This document shows positions 56,998 to 64,000 of a stretch of 64,000 nt of DNA, piece after piece; position 1 is the stretch's first letter, and each line of letters starts with the position of its first letter. Source of the stretch: an uncultured virus (IMG/VR IMGVR_UViG_3300032069_000001). Taxonomy: Duplodnaviria > Heunggongvirae > Uroviricota > Caudoviricetes. The notes under the pieces were generated by a model that was given only the letters and a program-made list of their open reading frames with translations, made no database searches and had not been told where the DNA came from. The stretch covers positions 1-64,000 of the IMG/VR virus record IMGVR_UViG_3300032069_000001; one strand, written 5' to 3'. Both the position numbers and the translations under genes were made by a program.

Positions 56998-57842
56998 TAT
57001 CCTCTCCTAATTTTCTTACAATTATTAAGAATAAGCTTCCTGTGCTTCAAATACCAATGCTTCTGCGTCGCCTTCAATCTTTCCCTCCTGCAATAAAAAC
57101 AGTATCTTGGTCTCATTGTGTTATAATCTATTGTCTGACCACACTTTTTACACACCGTAATCTTTACAGTAGGTATCGGTTCTCTCCTTCTTTCACCAAC
57201 CAAACGTAAATCTAAATCTGGATTATACCAACAGTCATACTTGGAATGATTGTTTCTATAAATGCTAATAGCATTAACTTCTGGAATACGTTTAGACGGA
57301 ATAACATAAAAGAACTCTATTTCATTATTCTCATCTATTGCCACACAAATAAGAAAATCGCATATCTTTGGGTAATCTCTCCTGACTGTCGTCGTGTTTC
57401 CTAATCTTCTTTTGTATCCAACAAGACTATTCAAACTCTTTGTGCCGTCATCTGCAAGAGCAAAACAAAAGAAAGGATAATCTCTTTGGGCATACTTCCC
57501 TCCTTTTTTCATCATTACCTTACTTCCCTTGACTTCTATTCTTAATTTTCCTAATAATACGTCGCAGGTTGAGTGAGGGTCTATCTTGTTTAAGTCAACT
57601 ATTTTTTCGTTTGGGTATTTATCTTTCAAATACCTAATAGCTATTTTTTCCGCTTGTCTGCCAACACCTTTTAAGATAGTTTTAATATTGTTATCCTTCC
57701 GCTTTTGCTGAACATAAGCTTCAGAACAACTATATTTCTCCGCAATTAAAGCGTCTGACAATCCAGCTTTATACTCCTTCTCCAAAACAGAAGGAATAAG
57801 CGTCTTTGCTTTATCTGATAAATTAACTCCCTTTTTAGCCAT
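56997..57842 (-). CDS. HTH + PD-(D/E)xK nuclease-like protein with C-terminal Zn finger
   Basis: GRQAE..CDVLL..IEVK..CDFLICVA..FYVIP; CKKC..CFYC. Confidence 0.65.
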   Translation of the reverse strand: MAKKGVNLSDKAKTLIPSVLEKEYKAGLSDALIAEKYSCSEAYVQQKRKDNNIKTILKGVGRQAEKIAIRYLKDKYPNEKIVDLNKIDPHSTCDVLLGKLRIEVKGSKVMMKKGGKYAQRDYPFFCFALADDGTKSLNSLVGYKRRLGNTTTVRRDYPKICDFLICVAIDENNEIEFFYVIPSKRIPEVNAISIYRNNHSKYDCWYNPDLDLRLVGERRREPIPTVKITVCKKCGQTIDYNTMRPRYCFYCRRERLKATQKHWYLKHRKLILNNCKKIRRG

Positions 57843-58077
57843 CAACTTTCCCTTGAATATTATTGCACTCATTGTATCTGCCACATTGTATCCCAAGACA
57901 ATTTACGGCAAACACAACCATCTGCGGAGTATTAAATCCCCCCGCCTTAATGGTGAACTGCATCATAGCTGGGCATACCTTCTTGCCAATCGGAATACGA
58001 ATATCTACAATGTTAAATCCACCCGTATCTTCTGGCGGAGGAAGTCCCTTCTCTTTTTCATCATTTTTTCCCACCAT
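57835..58077 (-). CDS. Cys-containing hypothetical protein
   Basis: KVCP..NCLGIQCGRY. Confidence 0.5.
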   Translation of the reverse strand: MVGKNDEKEKGLPPPEDTGGFNIVDIRIPIGKKVCPAMMQFTIKAGGFNTPQMVVFAVNCLGIQCGRYNECNNIQGKVDG

Positions 58078-58354
58078 CTTGCCCTCCTTTCTTATTTTTA
58101 TTAGGAATATTAAGAACTCTTGAAACATTTTTAGGTAATCCTACCTTCATTAAATAATCTATATGCTCTGCCAAATCATCAACCATTAAAAGCAATTCCT
58201 CTACAACAATAGCTATCATTGCCAAATCAATCACACCTGTCTCGTGTTTCTTATCCAACTGCGTGTAAAGCTGTTTGGCTTTCTCTCTTATATCTTTTAA
58301 TGTTTTCTTCCCTTCAAATAATTCCTGTATCTCTTTCAGTTTATTTACGTCCAC
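58061..58354 (-). CDS. Hypothetical protein
   Basis: ORF track; GAGG RBS. Confidence 0.5.
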   Translation of the reverse strand: MDVNKLKEIQELFEGKKTLKDIREKAKQLYTQLDKKHETGVIDLAMIAIVVEELLLMVDDLAEHIDYLMKVGLPKNVSRVLNIPNKNKKGGQDGGKK

Positions 58355-58727
58355 AACTCGCCTCCTCTACGGTCTCCAATGTTCCGTAATTCAACTTCCA
58401 GTCATCAGGGTCAACAATATTTAAAACTTTAATTACCCTTAAAACAAAGCTATCATTAAATTTTCTTAATACGTAAGTTTCTTTTCTCTCCGCAATGGCG
58501 TGGTGCAACTCATCATAAACACCCTTGCCAATGTGTTTCTTGTGTTCCATTGCAACAACAACAGAACACGTATCTATTTTTTCCAAATAAGGTTGTATTG
58601 AACCAAGCTCACCCAAATCTCTGTTCGGGCATATTACCTTAAACTTCCCTTCAAGATATTTACGGGCTTCCTTTTCGGTCTGACTTCCATACGAAAGCTT
58701 GCTATGTGCAAAATAAGCTCTTTTCAT
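58341..58727 (-). CDS. Nucleoside 2-deoxyribosyltransferase-like fold protein
   Basis: AYFAH..VICPN..CSVVVA..GKGVYDE. Confidence 0.5.
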   Translation of the reverse strand: MKRAYFAHSKLSYGSQTEKEARKYLEGKFKVICPNRDLGELGSIQPYLEKIDTCSVVVAMEHKKHIGKGVYDELHHAIAERKETYVLRKFNDSFVLRVIKVLNIVDPDDWKLNYGTLETVEEASCGRK

Positions 58728-58895
58728 TTAATCCCCTTATAAATCCGATAGTCGTATCCTTCTCTCAAAAGCACACCATTAAGCATTATAAAATCTCTTT
58801 TCTCTATCCTCATATTATTAAACACAACTACTGTTTCATCTGGCTTTGCTTTTTCATCTTTCTTTTTTCTTTCCTTGCTCCCCATAAACCATTTT

Positions 58896-59963
58896 TTATT
58901 CAGCATAAATTCCCTCCCACCCACTTACTCTTTCAAGCATAAAAACAACATTCTTATCCCAACGTCCATCGTCCTTTTTATCCATTTTGTCAATAACTCT
59001 TTTTTCGTCAACCAATAATCTCATCATTGCACAAATTTCAGGGTCTAACAACCACCTGTTCCATTTGTCGCTCCACAAACCAAGCTGTGTAAGTCTGGCG
59101 AGCGTCCAATTAACATTACAATCATTTACTTGTAGCCAGCCATAATCTTTTGTAGTCTTAATAAGATGTTTCTTTAGTTCCTCAAAAGATATTACTACAA
59201 CCCTTTCCTTTTCGTCTCCTTTTTCTCTGTAATACAATGTCCAAGTTCCGTCCTTATTCCTAATAGCCCTTTTCCCTGACTTAACAACATATTCGTATGA
59301 TATTGTTTTCTTTCCACCCTCAACGACATACCAATCATAATAATCGCTTCCAGTTTTTACCTTCTCTATTTTTCTATTCTCGTCCTCCATTATGTAATTT
59401 CCGTATTTATCCTTAAGATAATTCTGGCAAATAAGTTGAAATGTATAATCGCTTTCTGATTTACCTTCTCCCAACAAACGCAATGCTGTTTGTCTCGGAC
59501 TTTTAGCATAATATTTTATTTCTCCCTTTTCCCATAGTTTCATTGAAGCACTAAAAGCAACGTCAACTGCTGTTTCAAGGTCTTTCTCTTTGCGGTGCAT
59601 ACCCCAAGCCCCATACAAACCAATCAAGCGGTCTCTTAAACCAAAACAATAGTTTTTTTTCTTTTCTATCTTTTTATCTTCCTCTTGTTTTTTTATCATA
59701 TCAATTATATCTGATTGCAATTTTATTTTATCATCTTGAACTTTTGAAAGCTTTGCTTCCGTATCATCAATAACAGTAATGGAATTACCATACTTCTTAA
59801 TTAAATCTGAAAGGTCTTTACGTATTTTATTAAGCTGTCCCCATTCAAGAACAATAACAACGCAAAGAGCCAAGATAATACCAACCAAAACCAAGCTAAC
59901 CAAAACCTTAACTCTTATTAAAGTCTGGACGGCTTTAATGACGGCTCTTATATCAAACATCAA
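58896..59963 (-). CDS. Membrane-anchored lytic transglycosylase-like protein
   Basis: N-terminal TM plus coiled coil; SES..DYGWLQVND..LLDP. Confidence 0.5.
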   Translation of the reverse strand: MMFDIRAVIKAVQTLIRVKVLVSLVLVGIILALCVVIVLEWGQLNKIRKDLSDLIKKYGNSITVIDDTEAKLSKVQDDKIKLQSDIIDMIKKQEEDKKIEKKKNYCFGLRDRLIGLYGAWGMHRKEKDLETAVDVAFSASMKLWEKGEIKYYAKSPRQTALRLLGEGKSESDYTFQLICQNYLKDKYGNYIMEDENRKIEKVKTGSDYYDWYVVEGGKKTISYEYVVKSGKRAIRNKDGTWTLYYREKGDEKERVVVISFEELKKHLIKTTKDYGWLQVNDCNVNWTLARLTQLGLWSDKWNRWLLDPEICAMMRLLVDEKRVIDKMDKKDDGRWDKNVVFMLERVSGWEGIYAE

Positions 59964-60250
59964 ATCTCCTTTTTGCCGTCCTGTTCCTTAAGGAACTTCG
60001 CTATGTCTCCCTTCAACTGCTGAATATATGTTGAGTATTTAATAGCGTTGACTATCGGCTTCCCGCCCTTCCATTCTGAAAGCAAATCCCCAAGATTTTC
60101 TCCTTCAAAAATAAATATAATCTTACGACCGCCGACAACTTCCTTGCCTAAAAGTCTGCACTCCCGAGCCATAAAATAAGCCCCTTCGTAAATGCTGTCG
60201 GTGCGATACTTCCCCGTTTTTCTTACGTCATCAATTTCTTTATCTTGCAT
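59960..60250 (-). CDS. DUF5659-like protein
   Basis: YRTDSIYEGAYFM..FIFE..VNAIKY. Confidence 0.6.
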   Translation of the reverse strand: MQDKEIDDVRKTGKYRTDSIYEGAYFMARECRLLGKEVVGGRKIIFIFEGENLGDLLSEWKGGKPIVNAIKYSTYIQQLKGDIAKFLKEQDGKKEI

Positions 60251-60274
60251 TTAATCCTCCCGTCTATAATGATT

Positions 60275-60580
60275 TTATTTTTTCTTTTTCAAATCATCTT
60301 TTTGTTGCTTATCCCAACCACCAACGACCCTTATCAAGCCAACCAAACCGACGACTACCATACCGACCGAAGCGTATTGGTTAATATTGCTCTCAAACTT
60401 TATGTTGCCTTCCTGTTGCCAAAAAGATATTCTTGGCGTGGGTATTTGTGCATCAAGTTTTGCCTTCTCTGCGTCTAAAAATACCTTCTTTTCCTCAATC
60501 GTCATATCCTCAAACTTTTTTAACGGAACATCTTTCTCTGCCATATTGTCCTCCTTCTTCTTAAATATTTTATTGAACAT
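60275..60580 (-). CDS. Hypothetical protein
   Basis: ORF track. Confidence 0.5.
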   Translation of the reverse strand: MFNKIFKKKEDNMAEKDVPLKKFEDMTIEEKKVFLDAEKAKLDAQIPTPRISFWQQEGNIKFESNINQYASVGMVVVGLVGLIRVVGGWDKQQKDDLKKKK

Positions 60581-60708
60581 TGTCCTTACCCCCTTTTTGA
60601 ACTTTTTTTATTTCGCATTTCTCGTCTCTATCTGGACAATCCTTACATCTCTTTTTATTCGTCTTAATACCTTTCTTAACGCAAATCGCCTTTTCTTCGG
60701 GCATCTCC

Positions 60709-60969
60709 TTACTCACCCCCTTCTTGAATTTTCATACTCTTAATTTCCTCTGGACTTACATCAGTTAGTTTTAGCTCTTTCGGTTTATCCTGTATTGCGT
60801 CCATATCTGCATCTTTTTTCCCTTCAACCACTCCATTATGAACCATAATCATTACAATCTGCTTGATAAATTCCGCATCTGTTATTATATCTCTTTTTGT
60901 TTTTTGTTTCTTTATCCAATCATAATCCTCTTGCTGTATCAAAACTTCGTGAAGCGTTATGTAATTCAT
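60709..60969 (-). CDS. Hypothetical protein
   Basis: GGAGG RBS. Confidence 0.55.
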   Translation of the reverse strand: MNYITLHEVLIQQEDYDWIKKQKTKRDIITDAEFIKQIVMIMVHNGVVEGKKDADMDAIQDKPKELKLTDVSPEEIKSMKIQEGGE

Positions 60970-61325
60970 TTCTCCTCCTTTGCTATTTTATCAAAATAAT
61001 CCTCTGGCTTCATATCCAATACTTTTTCCGCAAACAATCTTAACCCCTTTTTCAATTCTTCAGTAGGTTTTGTATGAACTATATATTGCTTGCTGTCCTC
61101 GTAGGTCAATCCCCATTTTTTTACTAATTCTTTTATCTTGTTTAAATCTGCTCCCAACATTAACGCCTCTAAAACCAAAGTCCAGGCGTCTGCTCTATCA
61201 TCTGTCTCTATTAACCAAACCTTTTTTACAAAAGGACTACTAAAATATTCATCATCACTATCCACAACAACTGGATTTTTACCGATTAAATCTCCGTTAG
61301 TATGTAAATAATAATACCATTTCAT
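60966..61325 (-). CDS. Conserved phage hypothetical protein
   Basis: WYYYLHTNGDLI..SPFVKKVW..RADAW. Confidence 0.6.
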   Translation of the reverse strand: MKWYYYLHTNGDLIGKNPVVVDSDDEYFSSPFVKKVWLIETDDRADAWTLVLEALMLGADLNKIKELVKKWGLTYEDSKQYIVHTKPTEELKKGLRLFAEKVLDMKPEDYFDKIAKEEK

Positions 61326-61410
61326 TTTATTCTCCTCCCTATTCTAACGTGTAAAAAAGGAAATTTTAAATCCCACCAACACATTACTTTCCCACCAAAT
61401 AAAAATTTCA

Positions 61411-61851
61411 TTAGTTTTCCTTTGCCATTTCCGACAAAATGTATCCCTCTAAATCCTTTTCCTTTTTCTCAAATTTATCTTTATACAATACCCACAAATC
61501 AGCACCCACGATTTTGTTTTTCTTAAGCCACATCAACATATCCTTCCACTTTGGATTACCCCTAAACATCATCATCACGCCTATCGCACCAGGATTGCCA
61601 TTTGATATTTCTACAACAAGTTCCTTTATTTCGTGTATCTCTCTTGAGTTTTCATTGAAGTCATTAACACCCATTTCCTTGCCTTCCTCAAAGACCCAAT
61701 TCGGTTCTATGTCTGCCCAAGACCAGCCTTCTTTACCGTCAATATGAATTTTAAAATACGGTTTCTCTGTCGGCATCTCGGGGTGCTTCAACTCCAAAAG
61801 CAATTCCTCAATCTTTTTTGCTATAAGTTTTTTCTCCTCTACGCTGAACAT
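61411..61851 (-). CDS. Two-domain hypothetical protein
   Basis: HPEMP..WSWADIEPNW fused to SNGNPGA..GADLWVLYKD. Confidence 0.6.
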   Translation of the reverse strand: MFSVEEKKLIAKKIEELLLELKHPEMPTEKPYFKIHIDGKEGWSWADIEPNWVFEEGKEMGVNDFNENSREIHEIKELVVEISNGNPGAIGVMMMFRGNPKWKDMLMWLKKNKIVGADLWVLYKDKFEKKEKDLEGYILSEMAKEN

Positions 61852-61852
61852 T

Positions 61853-62257
61853 CTACGCCTCCTTTAATGCAAATATTTCTATTTCCAATCTCGGATTTTT
61901 CTTATCAATGCTAAAGTCTATAAATCTCGGCAAGCAATCCTTGTCGTCGTGAAATACCCACTTCTTCATACTATCCTCTGTAAGCTTAAGTAAGTTAGAA
62001 CAATCTCCGTGCCTGCCATTCTCCCAATAGACTATAATATTCATTACAAACTTCGTGCCTTTAGGTATCATCATAAAGTCCTGCTTCTGCATTTCGCTAA
62101 AGGCATAAATCCCCATACCCTCTTTCCAGTCTTTTGCTTCCTCTGTTAGCACTCTCCCTGTATAACTCCTACCGTAAGCACTATAACGTGTAGCGTTCTT
62201 GTAGCAATGATTAACGCTCTCTGGTAAAGGCATTGACAACTTCAATACATCGCCCAT
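61853..62257 (-). CDS. rusA: RusA-family Holliday junction resolvase
   Basis: PESVNHCY..GDCSNLLKLTEDSM..FHDD..NPRLEI. Confidence 0.8.
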   Translation of the reverse strand: MGDVLKLSMPLPESVNHCYKNATRYSAYGRSYTGRVLTEEAKDWKEGMGIYAFSEMQKQDFMMIPKGTKFVMNIIVYWENGRHGDCSNLLKLTEDSMKKWVFHDDKDCLPRFIDFSIDKKNPRLEIEIFALKEA

Positions 62258-62629
62258 TTACTTAACCACCCACATTATAGGATATTTTTCCTCTTTCTTT
62301 TTAATAAGCCACCCTAAAAAATATACGTGAACATTGATATATATGTTTTCTTTACCGCTACTAACCGTTACGTTTATCGTTATTAAATTCATCTGCTCTC
62401 CTTTTTAAAGAGGAGGCGGGACTTTTAACCGAACCGCCATCAGCTTTTTCCGAAAAGACAAGACGCAAAGTTCAGCTACGCCCGCTTCTCCCCCGTTTCA
62501 ACATCAACAACAGCCTTCAAAGAATGAAGTTTGTGATTGCAAACAAAACGAACTTTCTTAATAATCTTAATATTCTTAAGAACATTGTCGTTTAAATGCT
62601 TCTTGATTATCCCTTCCAGGTTCTCCTGG

Positions 62630-63238
62630 CTAATTTCTATTTTTGCGTCCACTTTTTACCTCCTTTTCTTTTGCCACTTTTACAGCTTGCTCTTTTAATA
62701 TATCGTGCTTATACTTTTTAAAGAACGGACAAATATTTCCCCTGTGTATCGGGCAACCCATCTTGAGCCCATCAAGAACCAAGTCTTCGTCGTTGAACAA
62801 TGTTCCAGTATAGTTTGGGTTAGACTTCATCTGGTCAACTTCTTTCCTTAAATCACTCCTGCTTAAATCCCTCGCCTTGTCCAACATTTCTTTATAGTTC
62901 TTGTCCGTCACAACAGGAGCAATCATATTCAACTTCGTCCAATGAATATCCGCCAGCTCTGCCTGCGGAACCTTGTAGGTCTGGATATACATTCTGTAAA
63001 TTTTCATTAACGCATAAACCGTGCTTCTATCAAAACCAATCTCGGGCATACCCAAATATTCCTCAAAGGTGTCTGCCATACTTTCATACAGCTTGCCATC
63101 AAATATTTTCACAAAGGTTTTCCCAAACTCAATAAAGCTTATAACAACAACACGCTTCAACTCCAAAATATGATTATGGAGTTCGTGCATTTCCTCCGCC
63201 CGCTTTTGTTTCTCCGTCTTGTCCAGCTCTTTACCCAT
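62630..63238 (-). CDS. Hypothetical DNA-associated protein
   Basis: FIEFGK..TFEEYL..WTKL. Confidence 0.55.
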   Translation of the reverse strand: MGKELDKTEKQKRAEEMHELHNHILELKRVVVISFIEFGKTFVKIFDGKLYESMADTFEEYLGMPEIGFDRSTVYALMKIYRMYIQTYKVPQAELADIHWTKLNMIAPVVTDKNYKEMLDKARDLSRSDLRKEVDQMKSNPNYTGTLFNDEDLVLDGLKMGCPIHRGNICPFFKKYKHDILKEQAVKVAKEKEVKSGRKNRN

Positions 63239-63247
63239 CTACGCCTC

Positions 63248-63523
63248 CTATTTCATATCTGATAAATATTCAATTTTTCCATCACGAACAAAAATATGCA
63301 ACCCACAACCATTCTCAAATCCATTAACAGTCTTTGGGTGTCCAATGCTCGGGCTTATCGTGACCTCTTTTTTATCGTTTATTGTGACAGTATGTTCCAA
63401 TCGTAAAGCCATACCGCACCTCGGACAAGCCAAATAATACCAATCTCCCCATTTTTGTATTTCTCCCTTCTTGAGTTCGTCTATTTTAAATACGCCTTCT
63501 TTTAATACAACATTTCCAACCAT
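63248..63523 (-). CDS. DUF6527-like Zn-binding protein
   Basis: CPRCG..TISPSI..CGLHIFVRDGKIEY. Confidence 0.6.
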   Translation of the reverse strand: MVGNVVLKEGVFKIDELKKGEIQKWGDWYYLACPRCGMALRLEHTVTINDKKEVTISPSIGHPKTVNGFENGCGLHIFVRDGKIEYLSDMK

Positions 63524-63530
63524 ATTCCCC

Positions 63531-63788
63531 CTATTTTATGATAACAACCCTGCACTCAACTTTATATTCGCAGGAGTGTAAAAAACTCGTAATCTTCTGC
63601 GACCGCAACTCAACGAGACCGTCCTGTGCCATTCTCTCAACAACCTCTTTTATTATGTCTTTTTTTACGGTGTCGTAATGTTCAAGTTGAATTGCGTTCA
63701 CTATTTTAGAGCAACCATAAATCCTTACCCTATCCCTGAAAGCCCACAACAGCACTCTCTTTACAATCCCATTGAAGTATTTTTTCAT
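63531..63788 (-). CDS. Hypothetical protein
   Basis: GGAG RBS. Confidence 0.5.
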   Translation of the reverse strand: MKKYFNGIVKRVLLWAFRDRVRIYGCSKIVNAIQLEHYDTVKKDIIKEVVERMAQDGLVELRSQKITSFLHSCEYKVECRVVIIK

Positions 63789-63796
63789 TTTCACTC

Positions 63797-64000
63797 CTAA
63801 TAATCCGTTATTCTTAATATCGGTTTCTCAAAATTAAGCTTAAATATCGCCCCGCCTGCTCCTGCTCTATTCTTAAGTATCCCGACATACATCTGACACA
63901 CCTTGTCAAGTATAAGCTTCTTCGCTTCGTCCAATCCTTCCACCAAATCATTTCTCCAAAGCCCAAGCACTATATCCCCGCTTTCCTCTACTACCCCACT
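63797..64000 (-). CDS. dnaB: DnaB-like replicative helicase, C-terminal end (partial)
   Basis: Manual translation SGVVEESGDIVLGLWR...ILKNRAG...* matches the DnaB SG.IEQ.AD / K.R.G motifs. Confidence 0.75.
   Translation of the reverse strand, partial: SGVVEESGDIVLGLWRNDLVEGLDEAKKLILDKVCQMYVGILKNRAGAGGAIFKLNFEKPILRITDY

Larger units (their letters stand above)
1..64000. mobile_element. Large tailed bacteriophage genome segment (SPO1/Twort-like head module)
   Basis: Terminase, portal, protease, scaffold, capsid, neck and fibre genes in phage order; no host housekeeping operons; dense small ORFs. Confidence 0.95.

Noticed and set aside
62410-62490. tRNA gene
   Set aside because: tRNA-like 5' end, but no complete acceptor stem, canonical T-arm or anticodon arm
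1-64000. Alternative genetic code (TAG or TGA recoding)
   Set aside because: Core genes are full length in the standard code, and all three stop codons end genes next to the following RBS

Overview
This window is a 64-kb segment of a large tailed dsDNA bacteriophage with an SPO1/Twort (Herelleviridae)-like head module, read in the standard genetic code. It uses sigma70-type promoters and strong Shine-Dalgarno sites. All assignments come from reading the sequence by eye; no database searches were run. The minus-strand morphogenesis arm (1-43.3 kb) runs: putative small terminase, large terminase, a block of unknown virion genes, portal, a 2440-aa polyvalent protein, a MuF-like gene, HNH, prohead protease, scaffold, major capsid, an ~11-kb fibre/adhesin cassette and neck genes. 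A plus-strand early arm (43.8-55.3 kb) carries MoxR-AAA plus vWA-peptidase, a solo RuvB, many small genes joined by repeated RBS cassettes, and a Ser/Thr phosphatase. A minus-strand replication/middle arm (55.3-64 kb) carries RusA, the DnaB C-terminus, an SLT-like gene and small ORFs. The best candidate for a new system is a capsid-cargo polyprotein system. Capsid, scaffold, portal, protease and three large neighbouring proteins are studded with hydrophobic-x-K|[S/A] sites that look like prohead-protease cleavage sites. In the 2440-aa protein these sites bracket effector blocks (Zn-peptidase; RMF-like, ComM-C-like and ART-like; PI3K/HipA-like kinase). Two of those blocks, and one block in another protein, begin with a shared H[K/R]Y..R...G.[Y/W].Y.Y motif that may be a packaging or ejection tag. 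Other notable signals are extreme avoidance of 4-bp palindromes, a sharp strand-specific compositional switch at ~41.7 kb next to terS, a dispersed ATTCTTAA(T/G) operator-like motif, and three tandem tail-collar paralogs with variable tips.
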